A DNA stretch of 64,000 bases, from NCBI RefSeq assembly GCF_006345805.1, contig NC_043004.1:70432001-70496000 (forward strand), written 5' to 3'. The position numbers were made by a program, and so were the translations under genes. The notes beneath the pieces were generated by a model, which worked only from the letters and a program-made list of their open reading frames with translations, was not told the origin of the DNA and ran no database searches. This stretch comes from Octopus sinensis. Lineage: Eukaryota. Shown here in pieces: positions 38,019 through 52,439 of the stretch. How positions within the stretch are numbered: position 1 is the stretch's first letter; each line of letters starts with the position of its first letter.

Positions 38019-38511
38019 CCTGGAGGAGGTAGTGCTGCCTTGGGTCAAGAGGGTGGCTGCTGGAAGACCCTATGTCTGGTAACAGGACTCTGCACCATGC
38101 CATGCAAGCAGGAGAACTCAGTCATGGCTGTCAGACAATTTCTGCAACCACATCACCTCTGACATCTGGCTGCCTAACTCCCCAGACTGCAACCCCCTTG
38201 ATAATTATGTGTGGGGTGCTGTTGAGCAAGAGACCAACAAAACTCCTTGTAACACCAAAGATGAACTGAAGGCAAAGATTATGACAGCATTCACCAACTC
38301 AAACAAGGAAACCATCTAGAAGAGTAGCAGAAGATTTAGAAGTTGTCTGGAAGCTGTGGTCAAAACCAATGGCGATTTTATTGAATAAATTTATTCTTTA
38401 ATATTTCAAGATATTTTTATGTAATTTTGGCAAAAATATCTGTTAAAATGAGATGTCAATGTCGTTTTCAGTTTTGCATAATTTAGATGACAGTTTATTC
38501 ACTGCACCCTG
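38019..38511 (+). mobile_element. maT (DD37D) Tc1/mariner transposase 3' remnant with right TIR
   Basis: QDSAPCH...PNSPDCNPLDNYVW has exactly 37 residues between the second and third Asp; ends CACTGCACCCTG|TA. Confidence 0.85.
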
Positions 38512-38599
38512 TATATAATATTGAAAGGTAAAGCAAAGTGTAAACAGTTTATTTAAAGAGACTGTAAAAGGTGTGTATATGTGTATATAGGAAGGGATA

Positions 38600-38608
38600 T
38601 AATTCAAG

Positions 38609-38678
<70 letters not shown>

Positions 38679-38759
38679 TTCCTCTCTTTCTCTCTAAATA
38701 TATAAATACATATATATATTTTATATATATACATGTTGTGTGTGTATATATAATATTAT

Positions 38760-38819
<60 letters not shown>

Positions 38820-38934
38820 ATATATCTGTGTGTGTGTGTTTGTGTGTATACACTTATATATGTGTGCTTCTGATGAATGTGTGTGTATTGTGTGTTTGCA
38901 TATATACATGTATATGTATATGTGTGTGTGTATA

Positions 38935-38984
<50 letters not shown>

Positions 38985-39952
38985 CTGACACCATCAGTAA
39001 AGTAAAATTTGGTAAGGATGCAAGAAGCAGAATACAAAAAGTGCTTGGAATATGAAGGCAGTAAAGGTGAGGTGTTGTGTGGCGTGATGTGGTGGTGAAG
39101 GAGTGGGTGGCAGCAGATAAAAATGGAGATGGATGCTGTGGGGATGGAGGTGGATGAGTTGATGATGGTGGTGATGATGGGGTGATGGTGAGGAGTAATG
39201 TTGATGTTCTTTAAATGAAGAAAACTGCAGTACTTAACGGGTAGTGGTGGAGGGGTGGGGGTCGGGTTTGGAGTTGGCGGCTGGGTAAGGTAAGTAGGCG
39301 GAGAAGCAGGAGATCCTTTAACTCTCAGAGTTGTGAAAGCCTGCAAGATGAAGAAGGGGTTATATGCAATGAGGGGGGAGTGGCAGCAGTGGAGAAGAGA
39401 ACACATGACTCTAGCTAATGATGGGGTGGATGGTTGTGGAGGTCTTGGTGGTGGGATTCATGCAGAAGGTAATGTTTTAACAGGAGGAACAGTATGGTGG
39501 GTATGAGGTGTTAGACAGAAGGGGGTTTTCCAACAGACAGTGGTAGCAGTGTTGGGGTGGAGTGGGGTGGATGTTAATGTAGCAACAAGATGTGGTGGTG
39601 GTGGTGATAATGGTAGTTGTGGTGATGGTGATGGCAGTGATGGCCATGATCATGGTCGTCATTATTCATGTTGTGATGGTGGCAGTAGCAGTGGTGGTGG
39701 TGGTGGTCGTCGTCGTCATCGTCATCGTTTATACATATGAGAGGAAAGTTTTCTGCAGACAGTGGTAGGGGTCGTGGTAAGGCCCTCACCCCTGTAGTAA
39801 TGGTGGCTGTGGTGGCAGTGACAGTCACGGTGGTGGTGGTAGCATTGGTGGTGGTGGTAGCATTGGTGGTGGTGGTAGCATTGGTGGTGTTTGTGCAGGG
39901 GTTGATGGCAGTGGCTGTGATAGGGAAGTCTTTCTTCTTCTTCTTCTTCTTC

Positions 39953-39984
<32 letters not shown>

Positions 39985-40088
39985 GTGTTGTTGTTGCTGT
40001 TATTATTATTATTATTAATAATAAGAGCAGGATGTCAGAGAGTATAAGAATGATAAGGGAAGAGCCATTTATGAAAGTGGAAGATGTG

Positions 40089-40119
<31 letters not shown>

Positions 40120-41381
40120 TGTGTGCATGCATCTGTGTAAATGCATGTATGTGCATGTGTAAGTACATCTGTGTATCTATGTGCATGTATGTGAATATAT
40201 GTGCATATGTACATGTGTGTATGTGTGTTTGTATGTGTGTATGTAAGGCAACTAAGCATGTATATTTATATATAAGGTTGTAGGGTGTACGGTCATATAG
40301 GTAGGTGGGTGCCCCCATGTTTTTGAGGTGGTGGGGCTTGGCTGGGTGCAGGAAGAGAGAGAGGAGGGGGGGGGGGAGGGGGAGAATACTGTTATGTGTA
40401 CAGCAACTGTAAAAATGATGTACAACTTCTTGTTATGGGACTGTTTCCCTTTCCCCTTAGTGTGAGCAATAAGTTTAGGGGCCAGAAGCAGCAGCAACAA
40501 CAACAACTGTAGAAACTAAAACAACAACAGCAGTAACAACTACAATAATAGCTACTACATCAGTAGCAGCAACAGTAGTAAACAAGAGTAATAGTAGTAA
40601 TAATAGTAACAACAACCACAATAGTAGTGACAACAGCAGCAGCAGCAGTTATTACAACAGTAACAACTGGTAACTGTAACAACAACAACAACAACACTAA
40701 TAACAGTATCATCAACAGTAACAGTGGTGATGGTGTGAGTAAGAGGGGTAAAAAAAAATACCCTCTTGTAAACCATAACTTTTGTACAGGAGGTGCTCTG
40801 CTGATGGTGGGACTTTTATGACAATGGTAATGGTGGTGGTGGTGGCGGTGGTGGTGGTGGTGGTGATGGTATGGTGGTGGTAGTGATGGTGATGATGATG
40901 ATGCTGAAAATGGTGATGATGCTGAAAATGGTGATGATGGTGGTGGTGGCAGTGGTGGCAGTAGTGCTGTTAGTGTGTTGGTGATGGCAACAATAGGAGT
41001 GGTGGTGATAGTGTCGCTGGTGATTGTAGTGGTGATGATGATGATGATGATGCTGACAATGGTGGTGGAAGCACCAGGTCTGAGGGAAAAGGTAGCAAGC
41101 TATGCTGGGTGAGGCAGAAAGGCAAAGATGGTTACTATAGCAGTGATTACAGGTGAGGTAGGTAAAAGGTGGGAGAGAGGTGAGTAAGCACAATGTTACA
41201 AGCCAATAAGTAAATGATAGAGAGGAGGAGGAGGAGGGGAGGGGGAGAAAAAGAGGGAAGGTGTGTTAATATCTGGGGTTGCAGAGTAACTGTAGAAGTA
41301 AAGAGAAAGTGACAGAGAGAAAGATAGAGAAAGAAAGAGAAAGAGACGTCTACAGATATATAGAAAAAGTGACAGAGGGAA

Positions 41382-41428
<47 letters not shown>

Positions 41429-41622
41429 CAGAGAGAGAGAGAGAATGTATAGACATATAGTAAGATGCAAAGTAAGATATATACTGATACACAGAAAAAG
41501 ATATACACACACATACATACATAAACCCTTAATTATATTTAATTATATACACATATATATATATATTATATATATATATAATATTATTATTATTTTTTAT
41601 ATTTATATATATGTATATATGT

Positions 41623-41654
<32 letters not shown>

Positions 41655-41768
41655 GTATATATATATATATTATATATATATATCAATATATTTATATATA
41701 TATTTATATATGTTATATATATATGTATGTATATATTGTATATATTTTATATGTATATATATATATGA

Positions 41769-41807
<39 letters not shown>

Positions 41808-42060
41808 CATACATATATATAAATATATATGTATATGTTACATATATACACACATGTGCACAGACACATACACACACACAAACACACACACACACACACA
41901 CACACATAAGTGGAAGGGGAGAGAGAAAGAGAAAGATATATAACAGGGAAAGATGTAGAGATAGACAGGGTGAGAAGAACAAAATGAAAGAAAATGTAAA
42001 AAAAAACATGGAATATGAAAGAAATAAAAAAAATGAGAGAAAGGGGGTTAAATAATATAT
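38600..42060. repeat. Microsatellite and cryptic-simple block ((TA)n, (CT)n, (GGT)n, (CAA)n, (TTA)n, (AG)n, (CA)n); similar tracts throughout, e.g. 8430-9040, 48440-48650, 51180-52050, 62280-62500
   Basis: Direct inspection. Confidence 0.95.
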
Positions 42061-42329
42061 AAAGCGTTATCAGGAATTTTCCAGACTGTACGTGCTGAGA
42101 TTGTGTTACTCAATGGAAAAATGTGCACAGGTGATGATCATTAGCAACCAAACTCTTAGGCTGGTTGGCCATTATTTTGTAAATGGCGGTGCCCCAGCAT
42201 GGCCACAGCTCGTGAGCTGAAACTAGATAAGATAAAATAAAAAAATAACTATTTGTGTTCTGTTATTGTGTGAGGATTTATAACATTGTGGAAGAACATC
42301 TGAATTTTTAAGATGGTTGACAAATTCAA

Positions 42330-42530
42330 ACTACATGTCAACATCAGATTTTAGATGAAGCTTGACATATTGCTACTGAGAACCTTGAAATGCTACTGAG
42401 AACCTTGAAGTGCTACTGAGAACCTTGAAATGCTTCATCAGGCTTTTGGTAATCATTCTTCTGATCAATCCCATGTTTTTAAGTGGCCGCAAATTTTAAG
42501 GCTGGCTGCGTGTTCGAAGTGACCACCACT
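42330..42530 (+). mobile_element. mariner HTH remnant containing a 3.2x 20-bp repeat (42371-42434)
   Basis: Decayed ATETLEMLHQAFG...VFKW signature; unit TGCTACTGAGAACCTTGAAA. Confidence 0.55.
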
Positions 42531-44005
42531 AGTATAATACCAGAAATGGGGGTGGGAGAAGCAAGATGTGGCCGTGTGGTGAAGAAACTCACTCACTTTG
42601 CAACCAGGTTCAGTCCCAGTGTGTGGCACCTGGGGCAACTGTCTTCTACTTTAACCTCAGACAGGCCGGTGCCTTGAGAATGATTTTGGTAGATGAAGAC
42701 TGTGTGGAAGCTTGTCATATATGTGTGTGCATGTGAGTGTGTCTTTGTATCTATACTGGTTTGTTTATGTCCCCATAGCTTGATGGTTCAGTAGAAAGCA
42801 ATCAAGAGAAGATATAACACACTTCAAAATAAGTTACCAGGGTTGATATGTTAAACTAAAAATCCTTCGAAGTGATGCCCCAGCATGGTCACTGAAACCA
42901 GTAAAAGATGAGGGTCTCTACTGAATGTCCGTCTTCTCTCTCATGTGACTAGAATCAGTTGTGGAATATGCTTGGAGATTTTTATAGAAAACCTGAACAT
43001 GCAGCATTTGATTTTGAGATTTTTAACAAAGACCAAAATGGCTATCATTCTATATACACCATCCATTCACATTCTTGGCTGATCGATAGCCTTATGATAT
43101 TGCCATGTTTCTGGAAATATAACTGGACCTGAATGGTCACAGCTTTCAGACTGGAAGTGAAATTCAAATAGAATTACAGTCAGTTTGGATGTCCCCCCAC
43201 AAAACCCCACCCATCCACCCACAGCAAAAGGATTTCTACAGTGAGTTTATGGAGTAAAAGATGCATTTTAGAAGAATGGTGCCAAAATATGAATGATATT
43301 TGAAATACACTATTTGCTAAAATACTAGGGTATTCTCTTTTTTAAAGCCTGATCTAGGAATCTTTGTTCGTACCACCTTAAATTAAATGTTAAAGATTCA
43401 GGAGTGGCTGTGTGGTAAGTAGCTTGCTAACCAACCACATGGTTCCGGGTTCAGTCCCACTGCATGGCATCTTGGGCAAGTGTCTTCTGCTATAGCCCCG
43501 GGCCGACCAATGCCTTGTGAGTGGATTTGGTAGACGGAAACTGAAAGAAGCCTGTCGTATATATGTATATATATGTATGTGTTTGTGTGTGTGTGTTTGT
43601 CCCCCTAGCATTGCTTGACAACCGATGCTGGTGTGTTTACATCTCCGTCACTTAGCGGTTCGGCAAAAGAGACTGATAGAATAAGTACTGGGCTTACAAA
43701 GAATAAGTCCCGGGGTCGATTTGCTCAACTAAAGGCAGTGCTCCAGCATGGCCGCAGTCAAATTGATTGAAACAAGTAAAAGAGTAAAGAGTAACAGAGA
43801 GTAATTGAGAGAAGAGAAGAAATGAAAATAGAAAGATAATTGGAGATGAATGAGGATGAGTGAGGAATGAAAGTTGGTATTGAATTGAAGTAAAATGAAG
43901 AGAATGGATATCAGTTGGTTTCAATGATGAGGATTTAGTCATTCAAATAACTGAGTTAGCTACCCATTGAAATAGCCTGGCAGTGGCAAACATGTGTGGC
44001 CTTAA

Positions 44006-44227
44006 CCTTTTCGTTACCAACCCGGCCAAAACCGGCTCTGGCTCTGTAGTACAAATGTCTTGTTTTCATTAGTTTTTCATTAAAATCTTCCACCAAACCT
44101 TAGTCACAATTTATGTCCCTAATGCTAGCTTAATGATAACTGAGTTATTTTACTAAATTCTTTGATATATTTAAAATCAATTGAAAGAAATTTTGAGCAT
44201 CTCAAAATAAATGCAGTAACAAAAGGG
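44006..44227. mobile_element. piggyBac-like MITE
   Basis: TTAA|CCTTTTCGTTAC...GTAACAAAAGGG|TTAA. Confidence 0.7.
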
Positions 44228-45713
44228 TTAATGACTGAATGAGACAACAGGGTATGATTGTTTTTGAAGGTGTCATTCTGGTACAGCTGACTGGATGTTG
44301 AACGTGACAGTACTGAGGCAAACACACTCATGCATGAGTTGAAATATACACTTACAGATAGAGGTGTGGGGCGAGAGAGAAATGTTACAATTTATTAAAT
44401 GAACACAAATGACATATACATTTCCTTCCTCACATACACAAAGAGAGAGAGAGAGAGAAAGAAAAAAAGAGTAATAGAGAGAACTAGAGAAATGTCTGAT
44501 GTCGAATGAATCAGCACCAAATCAGCAATGCCAAATAAATAGTGCCAAAACAGCTGTGCCAAAAAGTCCCATATCCACTTAATCCACTTAATGACATGTG
44601 TGCAGAATCAGCATGACAATATCTTTGAATTACATGTAGAATCCATCTAACAAACTTCCATTGACTCAATTTCACTTCTTACAATGGATTAGGGTGACCC
44701 AAGGGGCAATGATAAAAAGCACTTGCACAAGATACCAAAGAGTGGGATCAAACCCAAATCCGCCTGATCACAAAATGAACTTTTTAACTATTTGGCCATG
44801 CTGCATCCTGAACTATCTGATGTGATAATGACTCAAATATCAATATGATGTGATGCTTTAGTCACTTGGTGTTTTAGTCATTATTAAATGGGTTATAAAT
44901 AAATATCTGGATTAAAAGCTACATATGTGTACTCTTGCTATGAAATTAAGCCCCATGGCGGGCCTTTCCAGCAGCCTGGGATTTGGATTACACTAACTAG
45001 ATCTGTTTATTATTAACAGTTTGATAATACATAACAGTTTATTAAGCGTAGGAGTGGCTGTTTGGTAAGTAGCTTGCTTGCCAGCCACATGGTTCTGGGT
45101 TCAGTCCCACTGCGTGGCACCTTGGGCAAGTGTCTTCTACTATAACCTCAGGCCGACCAAAGCCTTGTGAGTGGATTTGGTAGACACAAACTGAAAGAAG
45201 CCCATCGTATATATGTATGTATGTATATATATATATACATGTGTGTGTGTGTGTATATATGTTTGTGTGTCTGTGTTTGTCCCCCCAACATCACTTAACA
45301 ACCGATGCTGGTGTATTTACATCCCCGTAACTTAGCGGTTCCGCAAAAGAGACCGATAGAATAAGTACTAGGCTTACAAAGAATAAGTCCTGTGGTCGAT
45401 TTGCTTGACTAAAGGCAGTGCTCCAGCATGGCCACAGTCAAATGACTGAAACAAGTAAAAGAGTAAAAGAGTATCTATTTAGCGCTCCTCAAGTTCTGAG
45501 CATAAATAGTAGAAAGATATTTATTCGACTCATTTGATACCAACCTATCTGAGACTGACTCAGGTTCTTTGATACAAAGTAATCATCTTAAAATGTAAAT
45601 GTTTAAACTAATAGTTTCCTACATAATTTTATATAAGAAGAATCACATTCTCTTTCTTTTTTTTTTAATGTTAACCTACATTTATTATGATGAATCTGTA
45701 GTGAAAACCATAC

Positions 45714-45807
45714 CCAGGCTGAATCCAGAAAGTGAGAACCTGTGTAGGAGATCAAAGAAACAGTGGCCAGACAGGTTGGCTGAGGACATGTGTGACAAAT
45801 ATAAAAC
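45714..45807 (-). CDS. Putative 94-nt coding exon (phase 0-1): VLYLSHMSSANLSGHCFFDLLHRFSLSGFSL(G)
   Basis: Minus strand reads gtaacttcAG|GTTTTA...GCCTGG|GTatgg. Joins in frame to 30756-30787 giving ...FSLGKFTVWNLPKW. A second frame (RFYICHTC...SAW) is also open, so the frame is inferred. Confidence 0.55.
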
Positions 45808-46702
45808 CTGAAGTTACTAAGGCTCACACTAAATGACAGAGAATATACAGACAAAATAATAAGAGAGTGATTTGAATTAGATTTGGCTGCTGTTTCTAGA
45901 AGCCTGAGTGACTCTATACTGGCTCCTTTATTGGTTCATTAGCTGACAGGTTGCAAAGAGAAGTAACTGATAGTAACATGTATTCTAGCTGTGGTCATCC
46001 TACCCTAGCTGACCTGTTTATTCTAGCAATAATTATTATGCTCCAACTTTGACCAACCTGTTCTAGCAGTGACTATCTTAATCAGACTGTGATCAACCTA
46101 TTTTAGCTGTGGCTTTCCTGTTCTATTTATGACCTGTGTATTTTGGCTGTAATCATCCTGTTTTAACTGTAACTTTCCTATTCTAGCTGCAACCATCTTG
46201 TTCTGTGACCATTCTCTTCTGTCTATAACCAACCTGTCTCTTTGTTGATTTTTTTTTTACATGTTATACAATAGAATACATACATTACACTTATACCTGA
46301 AGATATTTCTAGCCTTGTTCTAAAATAAGGGTGAGGAATTATAATAGCTTTTTAGTGGGACAACCGAGTTTAGTAATCCATTTGGAATCACGTTCAGTTT
46401 TATTGCAGCAACAAGGACTAGAATATATTCTTATTAAATATTCTATTTAATATCAGATGTATCCTGTGCTTTTAGACTAGGTGCACTGTATCCCTGTGGG
46501 TCATAAGTGGCAACTAAAAAGGGTGTCATCAGAAAGAGTACCGTCATACAACTTAGCCACTGAAATTCCAGCTCAAAACATGCCAGCATGTAAAAGCTGG
46601 CCTAAATTTGATGATTATGAAGATCGTCATCATTTAATCATCATCGTTGTTGTTTAACATCCACTTTCTATGCTGGCATTGGTTGGATGGAGATATGGAA
46701 GC

Positions 46703-46774
46703 CTCCCTGGCAAGGAATCGAAACCTGGTCTCCTGTGTGACAGGTGGGGATATTTACCACTATACTACTGAGAA
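46703..46774 (-). pseudogene. tRNA-Asp(GTC) pseudogene
   Basis: 72 nt, TTCTCAGTAGTATAGTGGTAAATATCCCCACCTGTCACACAGGAGACCAGGTTTCGATTCCTTGCCAGGGAG. Colinear with the conserved metazoan tRNA-Asp(GTC); G>A/C>T changes break the stems. Confidence 0.85.
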
Positions 46775-46964
46775 TATAAATTCATATGCTCTGTATGGTG
46801 TGTTATATATACATTTTTACTCATATATTTATTGCCTAATATATATTTTTTGATGACTTGCACAATCTATTGATAGGTAGACTAACAGAGACACATGCAT
46901 GCATACACGCTTGTGCACATGTATGAGTGTGTGTGTGTGTGTGTGAGTGTGTGTGCGTGTGAGG

Positions 46965-46995
<31 letters not shown>

Positions 46996-47211
46996 TGCAT
47001 ACACATACACTCACACACACACATATATATGTATATAAACAGTTTGATTGAATGAGAGAGAGCCTTGTCCTATAGCAATTACCAAATCTCCATTACCAGA
47101 TGACTTATACTAGATATTGACTGATCAGTACAGAGGGAGGGAGTGAGAGGGATAAGGAGAGAGAGATACACTTATACATACACGCACACACCCATACATA
47201 CATATACATAT

Positions 47212-47255
<44 letters not shown>

Positions 47256-47341
47256 CGACAATGTGTCTGACTGTAACAAAGTTGGACAAGACCCAACTAG
47301 GTGAAAATGGAAGTCTTTCTGCTGTCAGACCAGTCTGTTCT

Positions 47342-47417
<76 letters not shown>

Positions 47418-47754
47418 CTAGCTAACTATCTATCTATCCCCCTCTCTTTCCCACTCACTCTCTCTCTAGGTAATAACCCCCAAATTGATTTAGATCAAGG
47501 TTAGAAATATGTTCTTTATGTATAATTAATGCAGGTTGTTGTATTTTTTATCTAATTAAAACAAGGGGGAAAAATGCTGACTTAAGATTTTGGGTCTGGA
47601 GTTCCATTTCAGAAATACACCAGGGAATTTATTGATGAAAAATTTAGCTGCTGAACAAACCGAAAAACTCCATAGAAAGTTCTTTTTGTAACTTGTTGTT
47701 GTTATTGTTGGTGGTGGTGGGCGGGGGGTTAGGGTCTTGGTGCTGCTGCTGTTT

Positions 47755-48436
47755 AACTCTAGTGTTTAAACCGGCCATACCCAGCTCAGTGGTTAGAGTG
47801 TCAGACTCACAATCATCAGGTAGTGGGTTCGATTCCTAAACCAGGCACTGTGCTGTGTTCTTGAGCAAGACACTTTATTTCTCAGCTGTAGAAATGAGTT
47901 GTGACATCACTGGTGCCAAGCTGTATCGGCCCCTTTGCCTTTCATTTGGATAACATCAGTGGTGTGCAAAGAGGAGGCTGGTATGCATGGGCAGCTGCTG
48001 GTCTTCCACAATCAACCTTGCCTGGACTTGTGTCTCGGAGGGGAACTTTCTAGGTGCAATCCCATAGTCATTCATGACCAAAAGGGTCTTTGCCCCTTTA
48101 CCTTATGCACATATAATAGTGTTGAGAGGGGAGGCTGGTATGCACAGGCGACTGCTGGTCTTTCACAAACAACCTTGCCTGTACTTGTGCCTCAGAGGGG
48201 AACTTTCTAGGTGCAATCCCATGGTCATTACCCCTTACCCAGCTCATATTCTGTCTGTTTTATGTTCACACAAGCCAGATCTGGCCTCTTGCATCTATCC
48301 TAACCATCTCATTATAAAAATATACACTCATGTGATGAAAATCTCAAAGCAACAAGATAATGTATGATTAGTCTAAAACCATGAGAATAAATAAGCATTA
48401 CATTTGACAGAGCAATTTGAACGCTAAAGGGTTAAA
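47755..48436 (+). mobile_element. TTAA-ended MITE family split by nested insertions; also 60668-61396 and fragment 13030-13110
   Basis: Shared TTTAAACC...CTGTTTTATGTTCA and AAGCATTACATTTGACAGAG...GGGTTAA segments. Confidence 0.6.
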
Positions 48437-50721
48437 GTAGTGGTAGTGGTGAGGAAGAGGAGGAGTAAGGTGATAATGGTGATGATGATTGTGATAATGA
48501 TGGTGTTGGTCATGGTGGTGGTGGTGGTGAGAAGGAGGAGGAGGAGGATGGGGATAATGGGGATGATGATTGTGATGATGATGATGGTAATGATGATGGT
48601 GGTGGTGGTGGTGATAATGACGATGATGATGATGATGGGTGGGGAGAAGAATCCATCAAATTCTGGCTAATGGTGAGAGGCCTCCAATGTCAAGTGACAC
48701 CTTGGTCTACATCAATAAAACAAAATAGACCTTGCACAAAGGTGAAAGAAATACTAGGACAGAAGGAAAGAAATTGTTGGTTTTAGCTCTGGGTCAACCA
48801 TTATGAGGTAAACCTACGATCAAAAACTGTGTCTTTTTTTTATCTTGTAGGGGACTAGACTACATTATTTGATATGTTCTTCCCCTTTTAAAATGAAAGG
48901 ACGATTTAAGAAAAGCCTTTATAGTAACAGTTTATTTATAGTAACAGTTTATTTATTTATTCTTTTCTACTCTAGGCACAAGGCCTGAAATTTTTGGCAA
49001 GGGGGCCAGTCGATTAGATTGACCCCAGTACGCAACTGGTACTTAATTTATTGGTCCCGAAAGGATGAAAGGCAAAATCAACTTTGGCAGAATTTTAACT
49101 CAGAATGTAATGACAGATGAAATACCGCAATTTCACCTGGCATGCTAACATTTCTGCCAGCTCACCACCTTTTATTTATTGACTGGAAGTTGGAGCATGT
49201 CTGAGAGTGATCTTATGCCAGTCAGTTGAGATTCTGTCATCTTTTAAAGTATTTGAAGTGAATATTTCAGCATAACATGTTCTCAATAATTCCACACCAT
49301 TTGTCAATATTTTATCACCATCAGACAATGTCTTACTGTTTGAAACTTACAATAGCATGACCTTCTCTCAAGAAACAGTTGTTGTTGTTGCTTTTACTGT
49401 TGCTTAACGCTTTGCCATCTATGATCAACTAGATCTTAATCAATGTGCCCTTCCATTTTATAAAGACATGTGTGAAATGGTTTGGGAAAAGTATTGGCTG
49501 CTATTTCTAGCAAATCACATGACATATTTCAGGTTAGCCTTGAATGAACTGGCAGAATTGTTAGCCTGCCTGGCGAAATGCTTAGCGATATTTCATCTGT
49601 CTTCGTGTTCTGAGTTCAAATTCTGCTGAGGTCGACTTTGCCTTTCATCCTCTCGGGGGTCAATAAAATAAGTACCAGTCAAGTACTGGGCTCGATGTAA
49701 TCAACTTAGCCCCTTTCCCAAGCCTGCTGACCTTGCACTAAAATTTGAGATCAAGATCTCTCTAACTGTGAAAGCAGCAAATTGGCAGAATCATGAGCAC
49801 ACCGGTATGTGAATGATTAGCGGCATTTCATGTCATTACATTCTAAGTTCAAATTTTGCTGAGGTCAACTTTGAAATTTATCCTTTTGGGATCGATAAAA
49901 TAAGTACTAGTTGAGTACTGGGGTCAATGTGTTTGGCTAGCCCTCTCCACTGAAATTACTGACCTTGTACCAAAATTTGAAACCAATGTCTCTCCAGTTG
50001 TGGCTATCCCATCCCATCCTTTTCTGTGTCTACCACTACACAGTCTATCAGTCCTTCTTGTTCTAAGCTGTAAAGGGTTTTGATTTGAGACACGCTTGCC
50101 TGCTATTTCTAATGGGTCAAGTAGCATTAGTCTCATTTCTTTATGTGGAACGTTAAAAGCACCAGCCAAGCATGATTGTCGCCAGGGCTGCCGATTGGCT
50201 CCCATGCTGGTGGCACGTAAAAAGCACCGTTCAAGTGTGATCATTACCAGTGGCATGTGAAAAACAACATTTGAGTGTGGTCGTTGCCAGTGCTGCTGGA
50301 CTGACACCCATGCAGGTAGCACGTAAAAAACACCTTTTGAGCATGGTCGTTTCCAGAACCACCTGACTGGCCCTCGTGCCAGTGGCACATAAAGGCACCC
50401 AGTACACTCTCGGAGTGGTTGGCATTACGAAGGGTATTTAGCTGTAGAAACTTTGCCAGATCAGATTAGAGCCTGGTGCAGCCTTCTGGCTCGTCAGTCC
50501 TCAGTCAAACCATCCAACCCATGCCAGCATGGAAAGTGAACATTAAACGACGACAATGATGATAATGATGTTCTGAGTTCAAATCTCACCAAGACCTTTC
50601 TGGCCAAGATTGATAAATTAAACACAAATCAAGTACAGGGATCGATTTAATGAACTATTCCCTTCTCCCTAATTTTATGACTATATGCCTGTTAAAAAAC
50701 GATATGTAGTAGTAGTAGTAC

Positions 50722-50753
<32 letters not shown>

Positions 50754-52279
50754 ACAGCAGCATTAGCAGTGGTGGGGGTGATGGTGGTGGTGGTAGCAGT
50801 AGTAGTCTGTCTGAAAGTCAACCTCTGATTGAACAAACTTATAATTAAAGGTATTCCAGCCATGGCCAACCCATCTTTTTATATGTTTCAGAATCACAGA
50901 GACCAATGTAAGCTTTTTTCTTTTCATAAAATGATATGTTGTAATCTGCAGGGAATTTGGCTACTATTCCTACCAGATTGACTATGTTAAAACTCTTTGG
51001 TTTATTCAAATATATAATAAGAGATATTTGCCTAACTAGAACTAATATGTATAGACATTGTACCGTACTTTATATAGTCATACAGTGAGTGTATATAGCA
51101 CTTTATATGCACTTTATAGCTTCATGTGTTCCTCAGAGAATGTTGAGTACTTTGAGTGCTTCATTCATTAAACATTCATGCTACATTGTGTGTGTGTGTG
51201 TGTGAGTGAGTGCACATGTGTGTATGCATGTGTGTGTGTGTGCGTGTCTGTGTGTGTGCGTGTGCGAGTATGTGGTGTGTGTGTGTGCATGCTTGTGTGT
51301 GTGCATGTGTGTGTGTGTATGTGTGTGATAGGAGGAAACACTCTGTGTTGTGTGAGTGGGTACGTGTGTATGCGTTTGTTGTGTATAAGTTTTTTTTGGG
51401 GGGTGGGGCATTGAATATATGCGTGTATGTATTTGTATGTGTTTGCACATGTATCTATGTGGGTATGTTTTATGCATGTATCTGTGTGTGCATGCATGTG
51501 TGTACGCATGTGTCTATCTATGTGAGTGCATGTGTGTACACTTGTGTGGGCATTGAGGTCAGTTCAATCAACTATGCAGTCTCCCTTACAAAAAGAAATT
51601 GGCCTTGTGCCTAATGAAACAGAAACCCTCACCATCATCACCACCATTACTACCACTGCTGCTACAACCACCACCACCACCGCCACCACCACCACCTCCA
51701 TCATCATCAGCACCACCACTACCACCACCTCCATCATCATCATCAACACCACCATCACCACCATCACTACCATCACCAACACCACCACCAACATCATTGT
51801 CATTATCGCCACTATTATCGTGATTGTCATCATCATCGCCGTTGTCATCGTCATCGTTGTCAGCATCACCGGTGTCATCGTCACCATCATTATCATTCTT
51901 ACTGTCATCGTTATTGTCATCGCTATCATCATCATACCACCAGCACCACCACCATCGTCATTATTGTCATCATCATCATCACTGTTGTCATCGTCGCCAT
52001 CATCAGCCTCATCATCATTATCATCATCATCATCATCATCATCGTCAGTGTCATCTTAGACATTGCCAATTAGTGTTGCGGTTGCTTAATTTAGTTGGGA
52101 ACAACAATAGATAGATAGTGTGTGTATAAGTTTGCTATGCATGTGTGTAAGTGGCTGCCTGGCTGCCGGTCTGACTGACTGACTGCCTGTTAATTTAGAA
52201 CAGGGCAGAGAGGGCATGGGTGGGTGTCCGATCTAGCCAGGGTGAGAGGAGTTGGCAGTAATCCCATTTAAAGCCTTAC

Positions 52280-52335
52280 TAGCAAGAGAATGGCACGTGA
52301 TACCACAGTAACCAAAAGAACCGTCAAGAAATACT
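52280..52335 (-). CDS. Weak candidate 56-nt exon (phase 1-0): YFLTVLLVTVVSRAILLL, hydrophobic
   Basis: Minus strand reads tgtttgtgatAG|AGTATT...TTGCTA|GTaagg. Phase-compatible with 45714-45807, but the acceptor lies in TG-rich sequence. Confidence 0.3.
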
Positions 52336-52439
52336 CTATCACAAACACAACACACAACACACATACACATGTATATATGTGTATAAATGTATATATATAT
52401 ATATATATATACACACACATACACAACAAACACAGTCTG

